DNA from: Glaucostegus cemiculus | Lineage: Eukaryota | Assembly: GCA_976551045.1 (NCBI GenBank) | Contig: CDPCPM010000029.1 | Location: forward strand, 5,084,001 to 5,148,000 | DNA: 64,000 bases | Direction: 5' to 3' | Shown: positions 25,280 to 38,500 of the stretch, piece by piece | Numbering within the stretch: the first letter of the stretch is position 1 | Layout of the letters: each line of letters begins with the position of its first letter | Made by a program: the position numbers and the translations under genes | The notes under the pieces: model-generated | Seen by the model: the letters and a program-made list of their open reading frames with translations, nothing else | What the model was told of the DNA's origin: nothing | Database searches by the model: none

Positions 25280-26270
25280 AATTCTCCTCATCCCTGTCTT
25301 AAGTGGGCAACCTTTTATCCCAAAACTCTGCTTCTTTCTTTCAAACGCCCCTACCAAGGTAATATCCTCTCAACATCCACTTTACAAACCCAACCTGCTC
25401 AACTTTTCTTAATACCTTAAGCACTTCATCATCAGAACCAACCTGGTGATACTTTTTTGTACTACCTCCAATGCAAATACATCTTTCCTTAAATATGAAG
25501 ACCAAAATTATACTCAGTACTCCAGGTGCAGGTTTACCAGGATTCTGTGGTTATATTAAAGCTACTTTTATACTCCATACTTCTTCTACTAAACATCAAC
25601 ATTCCATTAACTTTCCTAATTACTTGCTGTACCTGAATGCTAACTTTTTTGAACGCTAATCTTTAATGATTTATTACAAACAGATCTATTTGTACTGCAA
25701 TATTTTATAGTCTCACTCCATTTAAATAGTAATTTGCTTTTTCATTCTTCCTTCCAAAGCAGATAATCTCATATTATCATGAAAGTCAAAAAAAGTACAG
25801 ATTTTGGAAATCCAAAATAGAAAATGCTGGAAATTCTCAGTTCAGGCTGCATCTGTGGGAAGAGAAGCAGGGTTAACATTTCTGGTCAAAAAGACTGTTC
25901 TGTTCTGTTCTGACAAAGGGTCTTTGACCTGAAACGTTAACTCACTTTCTTGTTCCACAGATGTTACCTGACCTGCTGAGTATTTCCAGGATTTTCTATT
26001 TTTATATTAAGCTCACATCATCACACATTATCCTCCATCTGCTAAATTTTTGCTCACTCTCTTAATCTCTCTGTATCCCTTTAGAGTCTCCTTGTTTCCT
26101 CCTCACAATCTGCTACCGCACTAACTTCTGTATCATCAGCAAATCTGACCACAGTCTGTTCGTCCAAGTCATCAATATGGATGATAATACTTGAAGCACC
26201 AGCACTGATACCTGTAGCACCCCACTGGTTTCTGACGGCCAATCTGAAAATGACCAATTCATTCCAACAT
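25280..26270 (-). mobile_element. Old CR1 LINE fragment, interrupted by a PLE-terminal foldback
   Basis: TSGVLQVSVLVLQV (degenerate [11 protein letters not shown]), FADDT-like tgtatcatcagcaaat, and CR1 3' remnants. Confidence 0.7.
25790..26005. mobile_element. Foldback element made of two inverted PLE terminal sequences
   Basis: Arms at about 25817-25895 and 25920-25999 are imperfect reverse complements around (tgttc)3. Same sequence as the PLE ends at 44190-44300 and 63770-63850. Confidence 0.8.
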
Positions 26271-26589
26271 AAAAAGCCAGATTACTAAAAGGAGAGGTAG
26301 GAATAAAAAGGAGTGTGCAGTGGTGAAGTGACACAATAAAAGGATTTGACCATCATAACAGGCTTTAAATTGAATGCTTCAGGGGACAAGGAGGTAAGGT
26401 TTCCCAGCAAGGAGAGGGATTACAGGAACCAGAAGTTAGTGTAAACCGGAATACGAGTAGCTGAGTTTTGGTTAAATTGGAACTTATGAAGGATAGGAAG
26501 TCAGCAAGGACACCATCAGGATACATCAAGACTGGAAGTGAAATGTGGACTTTGGGAACCAGAGACTCTACACTGCATTGTCCAAGGTA

Positions 26590-27045
26590 CTATTGGTATT
26601 GGTTTATTATTGTTACTTGTACCACGGTACAGTGAAAAACTTGTCTTGCATACAGATCATACAGATCAATTTATTACACAGTGCAGTTACATTGAGTTAA
26701 TACAGAGTGCATTGAGGTAGTGCAGGTAACAACAATAACAGTGCAGAGTAAAGTGTCACAGCTGCAGAGGAAGTGCAGTGCAGGTAAACAATAAGGTGCA
26801 AGGTCACAACAAGGTAGATTGTGAGGTCAGAGTCCTCATTGTTTAAGGGAACCATTCAATAGTCTTATCACAGTGGGATAGAAGCTGTCCTTGAGCCTGG
26901 TGGTATGTGCCCTCAGGCTCCTGTATCTTCTGCCTGATGGGAGAGGAGAGAAGAGACAATGACCTGGGTGGGTGGGGGCTTTGATTATGCTGCCTGCTTC
27001 ACCAAGGCAGTGAAAGATAAAGACAGAGTCCATGGAGGGGAGGAT
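26590..27045 (-). mobile_element. Rex1/Babar LINE 3' end
   Basis: AGSIIKAPTHPGHCLFSPLPSGRRYRSLRAHTTRLKDSFYPTVIRLLN; (ccaata)n tail. Confidence 0.92.
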
Positions 27046-27729
27046 GGTTTACTATCACTGCTCAAGGCCCCATCACTAGACTTTGGGATACCTTGGACTC
27101 TCCCCACCCAAATCATGCAAGTTCAGGCACAGGGGAGCCACAGACGACGGCTGTGGTTGGTAGACTCATGCCAGCAAAACGTAGTCAGGAAGCACAATGC
27201 CAAGAGAGGAGAGTTTAATAAATGTGGTTCAACAGTACTCTGACCACACCACTGCCACAAATGTTTACAACGTTTCAGCACTTCCCTTTTGTACTCTTCA
27301 GAATTGATATTTTTTAATTTCTTCTAATTCAGCCAATATAAAATGCTGAAGTGAAAATGGATTTAAGTGCTTATTATTCCACTTTCATAGTTCAATTAAT
27401 GACCTAGGGATTTGTATAATGAATAGTTCTATTTGGGATGATGATTATGAGTTAATTATAACTATAAGGAATGCTATAAATCAGACAATAGAAGATTATT
27501 CCAATTACATCTGAAAGAAAGATATCCTTTGGGTCAATCTTGAATACGTTATTGTTGGAAGACTATAAAATATTGTACCAACAGCAAAAATAATTGAGCT
27601 GATTACGTTTTTATCACTGAATTGAAAGTTACTGATTAGAAAAGGATTTACAAAAGCATGAAAGAATTGCACAAAAATGGAAGAATATTCAAGGGAAAAA
27701 AGCCAACTTAGGAGTCAGAAATTGATGTA

Positions 27730-28400
27730 AATATGCAACAGAACAGACAGCATCCGCAGAGGAAGAAACAGAGTTAACATTTTTAGTCAAGGACCTTTCA
27801 TAAGAACTGGAAAAAGTTAGTGATGAATTTTTATTTGCAGAGAAAGCTAGGGGAGAGATTCAAAGACAAGAGCTGATAATGGACACAGATGAGAAAGGGT
27901 GGTGAAGGTGTTAGTGAATAACAAAGGTAAGTCTAGATGAAATGCTTGTCGGAGAATTTGACCCTGAAGTTACCTGAAAAACAACTGAACACTGGAATCA
28001 TGAGAGGCAAAGGGTGGAATTCCTGATTTTCTGTAAAATTCAATGCTATGTCCAGAAGACAATCATATGAGGATGAGATTTTGTTCCTGGAACCTACCAT
28101 GAGCTTCACTGGAAGCCAAGGACAGAGATGTCAGAGTGGAAGCAGGATGAAGAATTAAAATGACAAGCAACTTGGAGCTCTAGGTTGTGCTGACAGAATA
28201 AACAGACATGTCCTGCATATCAGTCATCCTATCTATATTGATTTTCCAAATGTAGAGACCAAATCATGCCTAATCTAAGCAGAATACTAAATTAGAGTTA
28301 CAAGTAAACTACTGCTTCACCTGGACAGTGTAGGCAGGTGGCAGAGGGAAATTAGAAGGACAAATGTTGTACCTTCCACTCCAGCTGGCATAAATGGGGT
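27730..28400 (-). mobile_element. Penelope-like element 3' part
   Basis: PLE terminal motif gcatccgcagaggaagaaacagagttaacattttt; body similar to 10000-10420. Confidence 0.7.
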
Positions 28401-28602
28401 GTTATCAGTCTGAAAATGATATTGGATCATTTATCAACCTATTTCCATTAGCACTCTGGCAACTGCCAACTTGATACGAATGCAAGATTGGTGGGCAAAC
28501 CAATCCCTTTTCAAGGAGGCTTTGTAAAGTGTGACTTGCAATGTTAAGTTACACATTGGATCTTCATTGTAATTTCTCAGGTTAAATAGTATCGATTGTT
28601 TG

Positions 28603-29920
28603 GGTATTGGTATTGGTTTATTATTGTCACTTGTATCGAGGTACAGTGAAAAGCTTGTCTTACAAACCAATCGTACAGGTCAATTCATTACACAATGCAG
28701 TTACACTGAGTCAGTATAGAGTGCATTGATGTAGTACAGGTAAGAAAAAAATAACAGTACAGTGTAAACTGTCACAGCTACAGAGAAAGTGCAGTGTAAT
28801 AAGGTGCGAGGTCACAACAAGGTAGATCATGAGGTCATAGGCCATCTCATTGTATAAGGGAACTGTTCAATAGTCTTATCACAGTGGGGTAGAAACTGTC
28901 CTTAAGCCTGGTGCTATGTGCCCTCAGGCTCCTGTATCTTCTACTTGATGGAAGAGGAGAGAAGAGAGAATGTCCCAGGTGGGTGGGGTCTTTGATTATG
29001 CTGGCTGCTTCACCAAGACAGTGAGAGGTAAAGACAGAGAGAGACCAAGGGGGGAGGCTTGTGTCAGCAATGCGCTGGGCTGTGTCCACAACTTTCTGCA
29101 GTTTCTTGCAGACTTGGGCAGAGCAATTGCCATACCAAGCCGTGATACATCCAGACAGGGTGTTTTCTATGGTGCATCTATAAAAGTTGGTGAGAGTCAA
29201 AGGGGACATGCCAAATTTCTTTAGCCCCCTGAGGAAGTAGAGGCGCTGGTGAGCTTTCTCGGCCGTGGCATCTACGTGATTTAACAAGTACAGGCTGTTG
29301 GTGATGTCCACTCCCAGGAACTTGAAGCTCTCAACCCTCTCGACCTCAGCACCATTGATGTAGACAGGTGCATGTACACCGCCCCCTTTCCTGAAATCAA
29401 TAACCAGCTCTTTTGTTTTGTTGACATTGAGGGCAAGTTTGTTGACGTGACACCATTCCACTAAGCTCTCTATCTCCTTCCTGTACTCCAACTCGTTGCT
29501 GTTTGTGATACGGCCTACAACGGTGGTATCATCTGCAAACTTGTAGATGGAGTTAGAGCAGAATCTGGCCACACAGTCATGAGTGTATAGGGAGTAGAGG
29601 GCTGAGGACATAGCCTTGTGGGGCACCAGTGTTGAGAATAATCGTGCCGAAGGTATGCTGCCTATGCTCACTGATTGCTGTCTGTTTGTTAGAAAGTCAA
29701 GGATCCATTTACAGAGGGAGGTGTTGAGTCCTAGGTCTCAGAGTTTGGTAACAGGCTTACTTGGGATTATTGTATTCAAGGCAGAGCTGTAGTCAATAAA
29801 CAATAATCTAACGTAGGTGTCTTTACTGTCCAGATGCTCCAGAGCTGAGTGTAGGGCCAAGGAGATGGCATCCGCTGTGGACCCATTTCAGCGATAGACA
29901 AACTGCAATGGGTCCAGGGG
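28603..29920 (-). mobile_element. Rex1/Babar LINE, RT C-terminal half and 3' end
   Basis: 274-aa ORF with LYSLYTHDC...[12 protein letters not shown]...LNVNKTKELVIDFRK...FKFLGV...QRLYFLR...TTRL-type C-terminus. Confidence 0.95.
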
Positions 29921-29989
29921 AATTAATACACAATGTAAATCAGATATGCAATCAACATGAAAACCTGAATTAGACTAAGAGATTATAAC

Positions 29990-30615
29990 AGCAGAAGTCA
30001 TTACTTTCTTAGAAGGTTAAGGAGGTTCAGCATGTCACCGAACACTCTAAAAAAACTTCTACAAATGTACTGTTGAAAATATCCTGACTGGTTGCATCAT
30101 GGTCTGGTACAGCAATTTAAATGCACAGGGATGTAAGAAGCTGCAGAGCATAGTGGACTCAACCCAATACATCACGGGTATATCCCTCCCCACCGCCAGT
30201 AGTATCTACACAAGGCGCTGCCTCAAGAAGGCAACATCTATCATCAAAGATTACCACCATCTGGACCATGCTATCTTACTGCAGCTACCATAGGGCAGAA
30301 GGTACAGAAACCTGAAGTCCCATACCACCAGGTTCAAGAACAGCGACTTCCCTTCGACCATTTGGCTCTTGAACCAACCTGCACAACCCTAATCACTATC
30401 TCAGTATAGCAACACTATGACCACTTCAATCACTTTGCACTAAAATGAAGTTTTTTTGTTGTTCTGTGTTGTTTGTAAAAATTATGCATAATATGTTTAA
30501 ATTATGTTTCTCTTGCGAATGCTGCTTATATGATGCCATGTGCATGTGATGCTGCTACAGTAAGTTTTTCATTGCAACTGTACATAGATGTACTTGTGCA
30601 CATGACAATAGGCTT
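29990..30615 (+). mobile_element. Rex1/Babar LINE 3' fragment (second subfamily)
   Basis: YFLRRLRRFSMS...WYSNLNAQGCKKLQSIVDSTQYITG...SIIKDYHH; its 3' UTR differs from the first subfamily. Confidence 0.88.
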
Positions 30616-30744
30616 GAATTCTGAACAGAGCTAATGGGTACTTGACAATGAAGACTTAATACCAATTCAAGTGAAGGTGGCTGATCTCTTTTGCCAAGGA
30701 TCATAAAGTAGCCTGTAATCCTCTGTCAAAAAGGACACAAACTA

Positions 30745-30870
30745 ATCTGATGGAAGTCACTGAGCTGAAACATTACCTCTGTTTCTTTTGCCACATATGC
30801 TGCCTGACTTGCTGATTATTTCCAGTATTTTCTGTCTTTATTTCAGATTTCCAACATCTCCAGTTTTTGA
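30745..30870 (+). mobile_element. PLE terminal fragment
   Basis: ctgatgg...tgaaacatta...atgctgcctgacttgctga...ttcagatttccaacatct. Confidence 0.7.
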
Positions 30871-31364
30871 CTCTAAAAATTAGCCAGGCTTGCTGTTAGT
30901 GATCAATGTCAAATGACCCTTTTACATGTGTGGCCATGAAAATAAGAATAGGTTCTGGCTCATCCTTGGAGCCCTTGAAGGTTAACTAGTCCGCCAAGGT
31001 GCTCAGTTGATATTCAAATGCGAGTATCAGTGAGAGAAATAAGTTGACTACATTATATGCAACTATAACCTGGCAAGAAGTCACTTCCTCAGAAGAGAAG
31101 GATATCAAGTCAATAATCAAGACTCCTCCCACTTAACCTTGGTAAAATGACTGTTTCTAGCAAAATATTTAACGACTGCAACAATTTTCAAGGCCTTTAC
31201 AATGAAAAAGGTAAAAATAAGTGAAAATCATGATGGTTTTTAAATTAATATATCAAAACATATATGCTTTTGTTGTGGCAATTCAAATAAATCTTATTAT
31301 TTCTCAGGACATGGGCACCACCAAAAAGATCAGCTCATCTTTAGTTTCCCTTCAGAAGGTGGTG

Positions 31365-31730
31365 AATCAGAATCAGGTTTATCATCACTGACACATGTCA
31401 TGAAATTTGTTGTGTTGCAGCAGTAGTACAGTACAAGACATAAAAATTACTATAAGTTACAAAAATAAATAAATAGTGTAAAAGAGGAATAGCGAGGTAG
31501 TGTTCATGGGTTCATGGACTGCTCAAAAGCTAATTGCGGAGGGTTAGAAGCTGTTCCTAAAATGTTGGGTTTGGGCCTTCAGGCTCCTGTACCTCCTCCC
31601 TGATGGTAGCTGTGCAAAGAGGGCATATCCTGGATGGTGGTGGTCCTTAATGATGGATGCCACCTTCTTGAGGCACTGCCTCTTGAAGATGTCCTAAGTG
31701 GTGGGGAGGATTGTGCAGTATAATCCTTCT
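31365..31730 (-). mobile_element. Rex1/Babar 3' fragment (third subfamily)
   Basis: (gaatca)n tail and near identity to 44378-44780; coding end ...SIIKDHHHPG... Confidence 0.85.
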
Positions 31731-31794
31731 GGCATAAACAGAATATAGAAAACAGAAAAATACAGCACAGGAACAGGCCCTTTGGCCCACAATG

Positions 31795-31885
31795 TACTGT
31801 GTAATGAATTGACCTGTACAATCGCTATGCAAGACAAGTTTTTCACTGTACCTTGGTACAAGTGATAATAACAAACCAATACCAA
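31795..31885 (+). mobile_element. Rex1 extreme 3' tail fragment
   Basis: ctgtgtaatgaattgacctg...ttttcactgtaccttggtacaagtgataataacaaaccaatacca. Confidence 0.85.
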
Positions 31886-31964
31886 CTGCACAACGACCTG
31901 CACATGGTCTGTATCCCTCCATTCCCTGCCTGTTTGTGTGTCTGTCTAAATGCCTCTTAAACAT

Positions 31965-32590
31965 TCCTCAGGAGGCTAAAGAAATTCAGTTTGTCCCTTT
32001 TGACTCTCACCAACGTTTATCAATGCACCATAGAAAGCATCTTATCTGGATGTATCACGGCTTGGTACAGCAACTGCTCTGCCCAGGACCACAAGAAACT
32101 GCAGAGAGTTGCAGACGCAACCCAGCGCATCACAGACACCAGCCTCCCTTCCTTGGACTCTGTCTTTACCTCTCACTGTCTTGGTGAAGCAGCCAGCATA
32201 ATCAAAGACCCCCCCCCCACCCGGGTCATTCTATCTGTTCTCCTCTTCCATCAGGTAGAAGATACAAGAGCCTAAGGGCACGTACCACCAGACTTAAGGA
32301 CAGCTTCTACCCCACTCTGATAAGATGATTGAACAGTTCCCTTATTCGATGAGGTGGACTCTGACCTCACGATCTACCTTGTTATGACCTTGCATCTTAT
32401 TGCACTGCACTTTCTTGTAGCTGTGACACTCTACCCTGTCCTGCTATTGTTCTTACCTGTACTACATCAATGCACTCTAAACTAACTCAATGTAACTGCA
32501 CTGTGTAATGAATTGACCTATAGGATGGGTATGCAAGACATATTTTTCACTGTACCTCGGTACAAGTGACAATAATAAACCAATACCAAT
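31965..32590 (+). mobile_element. Rex1/Babar LINE 3' fragment
   Basis: TNVYQCTIESILSGCITAWYSNCSAQDHKKLQRV...AASIIKD; aataaaccaataccaat tail. Confidence 0.92.
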
Positions 32591-33229
32591 CTGCCTCCAC
32601 CAGTTCCCCTGGCAGGTCATTCCAGACACCTACCACACTCTGTGTAAAACAAACTTGCCTCATAGGTCTCCTTTAAACTTTCCCTCTCTCACCTTAAAAC
32701 TATGCCCTCTGGCATTTGATAATTCCTCCCTGGAAAAAAACTCTATCAACCCTATCTAGGACTCTCATAATTTTATATACCCCTAACAGGTTTTCCCTCA
32801 GCCTCTGATGCTCCAGATAAAACAATCCAAGCTTGTGAAACCTGTCTTTATAGCTAATACTCTCTAATCCAGGCAACATCCTGCTGAACCACTTCTGTAC
32901 CCTCTCCAAAGCTTCCACAACCTCCCTGGAGTGCAGTGACCAGAACTGTATGTATGTATGTATATAAAAAAAACACATAGGTTACAGCCACTGAACCTTG
33001 CAGAACACCACTGATCACAGACCTCCAGTCAGAATAACACCCCTCTGCTACACCCTCTGTCTTATTTGGCTCAGCCAAATTTGAATGCAATCTACCAAGT
33101 CTCCATGGATCCAATGTGCCTTCATCTTCTGGATCAGCCCACCACGAGGGAACCTGTTGAAAGCTTTATGAAAGTCAAAAGATGTTCCAACAGTGTTGTT
33201 AGATAAGGTATTCTAGAAGTTAGACTCAG

Positions 33230-35060
33230 GAAAAATGAAGGGACAGTGAGAAAATTCTCAGTAAGGATGATGTGGAATGTGGAGGGAAGTATGCAGATGG
33301 TGATGTTCCTATGCACTGCTACCCTTAACTTTCTTGGTGGCAGAGGTTAGATGTTTAGAAGCTGTTGTCAAAGCAAGTGTGTAAATGCAGGCCATTTTGT
33401 AGATGATACATCCTATAGCCACATTGCACCATTAGTGATTAGGCTGGTGGATGGAGTACCGATGTAATGGATTGCTTTGTTCTGGATGATGTTGAGCCTC
33501 TTGAGTGTTAGTGCTGTTATTGGAGTTGCACCTATCCAGGCAAGTAGTCAGACTAATCCATCACTTCAGGTGTAGACTACTTCATTTGCTTGTGCCTTGA
33601 AGATTGTGGGTATCAAGAGGTGATTCAGTCACTGCAGGATTCCCAGCCTCCAACTTTTAATTGTCACTACTGTATGTGGCTGGTTTTGTTGAGTTTCATG
33701 TTTAAGGAGACACTCAGAATGTTGATAGAGGAGAACTCAGCAATGGTAATGCCACTGAATTTCAAGGGTAAGTGGTTAGAATCTCTCTTGCTAGAGATGG
33801 TCACTGCCTGACACTTCAATGACACAAATGTTCCTTGCTATTTATCAGACCATGCCTGAATGTTGTCCAAATCAAGCTGCATGCAGGTGTGGATTACTTC
33901 ATTTCCTGAGATGTTTAGAATTGGACTGAGCATTGTGTAATCATCAGCAAACATCCCCATTTCTGACGTTATGATGGAAGAAATGTAACAGATAAAGCAC
34001 CTGAAGATAGTTGGGCCTAGAATACTGGCCTGAGGAACTCCTGCAGTGGTGTCTTGGCGCTGAAATGATTAACCTGCAACAACCACAGCCATCTTCCTTT
34101 ATGCATGGTATTTGAATGTTTTCCTCAATGTACATTGACTTCAATTTTACCAACACTCATTGATGCAAAACATAATAAAATACTCCTTTGAAGTCAAGGG
34201 CAGTCACTTTCACCTCACCTCCAGAATGCAACTCTGCATCCATGCTTGGAACAAGGCTCTGATGAGATCCGAAACTGATTAGTCCTTGGGAAATGTGAAC
34301 TGGGCACTAATGATCAGGTTATAGATCAGTAAGTTCCACTTAATGGCACTGTCGATGACTTCATCATTTGGCGGATGATTGAGAGTAGACTGATTGGACA
34401 GTATTGAGCCAGATTGGCTTTGTCTTGTTTATTTTAGGACAAACTTAAGCAACTTTCCTCATTTTCAGTACTGCAGTCATGATGTTGTATGGTCTGTAGA
34501 CTTCATTGTATCCAGTGCTCTCGGTTGTTTCTTGATATTACATGGAGTAATTCAAATGAGTTAAAGATTGGTGGGATCTCAAGAGGAAGCTTGAAGTGGA
34601 TCGTCCACTCAGCACTTCTCGCTAAACATTATTACTAATATTTCACCTTTATTTTTAGCACTCACATGCCGGAATCTGCCATCGCTGAGGATGTCCTCTT
34701 TCTGTTTAATTGTCCACTGTCATTCACACCCACATGTGACACAACTGCAGAGCTCTGATCTGGTCCATCGGTTGTAAGGTCACCTAGTTCTGTACGTTCC
34801 ACGCTATGCTTGATATAGTCCTGTGCTGCAGTTTCATCATTCTTAGGTATACTTGATACTGCTCTAAGCAAGGTCTCATTAAGCCTGGTTGATCCCTGGC
34901 TTGATTGTAATACACTGAGGGGAATATGCTCAAGAGGATACAGATTGAAGTGGTGTATATTTCAGCTGCTGTTGATAGTTCACGCCTCACAGATGTTTGG
35001 GTTTGAGATGCAGATCAGTTATGAGTCTTAAACATATAGCATGATTGTCACACAATAAAT
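33230..35060 (-). mobile_element. Long, old CR1-like LINE relic
   Basis: Minus strand carries degenerate GVPQ.SILGP.IF (aggagttcctcaggccagtattctaggccc) and MFADD (gatgtttgctgatga). Confidence 0.75.
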
Positions 35061-35189
35061 TGCAAGGATCATTTCAATATGAGCAATTTTGTAGTGTCTA
35101 ATTAGTATCTAGGTGGATAGACAGTCTACTTTTACACTTCTCCTGTTTCATCATAGCAGTTGTGGTACAAATGAGTAGATTTTTGGGCT

Positions 35190-35480
35190 ATGTCAAAAAG
35201 CAGTTAAAAGTGAGCCATATTGCCATAGGTTTTGAAGTCACATATCAATTAGACCAGGTAAGAATGGTAGATTTCCTAAAGGACATTAATGAGTCATGTG
35301 TGTTTTTATGACAATCCAGTCGTTCTGTGATCATTATTTCTAAAGCCAGTGTTTAAAATTCCAGTTTATTAACTGTGCTTACATTTTATGGCTGTCACAA
35401 TGGGATGTGAAGTCATATCTCCAGATTTTTAATTCAGGCCTATAGTTTACTCAGCTGGTAACTTAACCACTGCATCGCCA
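35190..35480 (-). mobile_element. tRNA-derived SINE relic
   Basis: tRNA-like head on the minus strand (ggcgatgcagtggttaag...) and body agaccaggtaagaatggtagatttcc. Confidence 0.55.
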
Positions 35481-36374
35481 TTATGTGAAAATTGGGCCTT
35501 GTAACTCTAAATGACAATAACACAAAATACACTTTTATCACACTTTTACATAAGTTCAACCTCCTTTCAATGACACAATATGTTTTTCGTAAAGCATCTA
35601 AAGTCAAATCTATAGACAAGATTTACTCTACACTTGTTAGTATTGCAAGGTTACTATTGCCCGAAGTCAAAACTGGATATATTATTATGAAGCACTGAGA
35701 AATAATATATTTAATTCTGTAGACTGATTAAGATTTGACCTGCAAGTAAAGAAAACACCAGCAGCCTAAACGTACACATTCTCAAGAAAAGAAACATCCC
35801 CTTAAGTAATAGGTATACTATACAGAGCTAAATAGAAAACTGGACAACTAAACAATTCATATAAATTTTTGCTAAGGAAAAAACTGCATTGAATTAGCAA
35901 AATGTATATGTGGCTTTGTATACATCTGACCATTGGTGATCAAGCAATTCACAACTGCTACTGCAGACATAATTATCAAATAATTTATCTTAATTAATCC
36001 TGTAACCACAAAAACAGCTTTCTTAAAAAAATACCTTATTTGACTGATAACAAAACATGTTATGTTTAAAGTTAATGCTCCCAATAGAGGAATTCTGTGT
36101 CTTAGAATTTAGATAAGGGGGCTCTTGTCAAATAATAATGCCAACATCATACTCAACTTGGGTTGTGGGCTGCCATTGCAGGGGGTGAGGATGGGGTAGT
36201 ACGGTGGCAGGGGTCAGAGATGGTCAAACCAGGGCTGGTGGTGCTCCTTTGTGCACAAGAGCAATGTGTGATGATGACTCTTTCTCCCCTCTAATACATC
36301 AAGCTTGACTATCCCTTGAGAACCAGCCTTCGATTAGAAATTCTCCATGTTGAGAATTATAGCCCTAAACTGAC

Positions 36375-36565
36375 ATTAGAATGAACTGCCAGAGGAAGTG
36401 GTAGAGGTGGGTACAGTTACATTTAAAAGACATTTGGGCAGGTTCATTTTTGGGCAAGGTTTAGAGGAATATGGGCTAAATCCAGGCAAATGGAACTAGC
36501 TCAGGAAGGCACCTTGGATGAGTTGGGTCAAGGGGACTGTTTCCGTGCTGTATAACTCTATGACA
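36375..36565 (+). mobile_element. HER1/CR1 3' end
   Basis: NELPEEVVE...FKRHL; tail ctgtttccgtgctgtataactctatgac. Confidence 0.85.
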
Positions 36566-37989
36566 CTGTGTGCCAAAGAATGCGAACAGATTGCTGTGCT
36601 AGAGGCTGTTGAAGATAACATTGTACTAGTGAAATTACTGTACCATGTCATTTTGCAATTATACTTAACTTGCTAACCCACTAATTCAACTCCATAACAC
36701 TAACAGATTATAAAATAATACAACCAGTGAATCAAATGGCAGAACCAGGTGAAACAGGTCAGTGGTTGTTACAGTAGTTACAAATGTAATAGCTATGTTA
36801 AGAATGATTGATATTGAAACATTGTTTTGAGAGTATAATATTTGCATTGTAAATCCATCAGAGGAATTAATGGACTTTTTTTTATACTTTCCTTAGCACT
36901 TGTCACTGGGGTAAAATCAAATGTCTTGCACTAACTGAGCAGAAATTAACTGCTTGTAATTAACTAACTTTTGCAGACTTTCACTGGAGAATATTTCCAT
37001 TTCAACTCAAGCCCTCACTTTTCTCTCCACATGGATTGTTTGATTTCTGTAGATGTTCTGTCTGAATCTGATATTCAATGCAATAAATCTTAATGGCAAT
37101 TTTTAATAAATTATTGAATGTTACATGAATAACTAGCTGTTTGTGGTAACTGTAATTTTGTCTTGTGTTCCAAAGTTCTTCAAATTTCATTGAAAGGAGA
37201 TCAAACTTGGATAAAAGTGTAATAGAAAGTGCATTTGTGTTATTTTTTTTAAAAAGTGGTGTTTTTCACTTGGATACCATGTGAATTACTCCAATGCATT
37301 AAATTAGTGACTAATGGCATTGCCTATGCAATTAACAAAATACACGCTAATGACGTACGGGCTTATTTAAATGGGTCACATGCAAATTACTTTCCTGCAG
37401 CAAAGGGAAAGAATGGTGCAGTTAGCTGTCAGGTAAATCTGGTCCACCCAGGCAATTTGATTTTACATGGAATTATGTTTTCACTGGTCTGAATTGTACT
37501 TCCGCAAATAAGATCATGAAAAACAAAGTCAAGCTGTTTGCATCACACCTAAAAAAGGCACAAAAATGAACAGTAAAAATGACTGGAAATGAATGCAAAG
37601 TGTTGGGAAAATTACTCACAGTTTAATAAGGAAAAATGTTTTTTAAAAAACTTACAAGCATTGAATAGCACAAACTCAAATAATGGCATTGCTTGAAATG
37701 AATCTTAAACAGACAAAATATTATTTTGGTATACAAGGTCATTAGAAAAAATTGTTTCTGGTCACAAGAAATTCAAATATAAAAAGAAAGCAGTGAAGCA
37801 AAGAAGAACTGAGTAAATGGGATTAAAGATGCCAATGTTACAAGCAAAAGAAATTTATCATTTTTGTTTATCAGCAGGTTAAATGTGTAACTGGCAAAAT
37901 TGTGTACTGGAATGTAGAGGGGGCAGCTTAAAATGAGAAGGACCCATCCCAGCACAAAGACACAAACACCTTATCTTTTATGTTGTAAA

Positions 37990-38289
37990 TGCAACAAGAC
38001 AGCAAGGTAGAGCTGCTGTCTCACAGCTCCAGCAGTCCAGGCGCACAGCTAGATGGCTCCAGTGGTGTCTGCACATTCTCCCTATGACCATATAGGTTTC
38101 CTCCAGGTTCTCCATTTTCCACCAACGTGATGAAGACAAGTAGGTTAATTGGCCATTGTAAATTACCCCCAATGTGTAGGTGAGTGCACACTGGGGTACT
38201 GGCGGAATATGGGAGAAATTGATGGGGAGATTAAAGTGGATAAAGGGTTAAAGGACCTGTTTCCATGCTGTATGACTCTAGGACTCTAA
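37990..38289 (+). mobile_element. HE1-like V-SINE with HER1-type tail
   Basis: gctgctgtctcacagctccag head, V-domain remnant, tail ggacctgtttccatgctgtatgactcta. Confidence 0.8.
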
Positions 38290-38500
38290 GAGGAAGATTG
38301 CCCTGATGGTAATCCACAAATATGAGGCAAAATTGACATTCATAGCTGATAACGTTCCCGTTTAGACAATGAGTAATAGGTACTAAACGTGTAAGGTTTA
38401 ACACAGAATGTAAATACTAGAACTATTGATTTCAAATAAAATTGGGGCAACATTGAAAGTATATCTAAAAATATTTAGGCAGGGATTGGGGGTGGTCTAA

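Larger units (their letters stand above)
31735..33180 (-). mobile_element. HER1/CR1 LINE 3' part, split by two Rex1 insertions
   Basis: WRSVISGVLQGS; EALERVQKWFSRMLPGL...YKIMR; FKRHLDRH and tail at 31735-31965. Confidence 0.88.
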
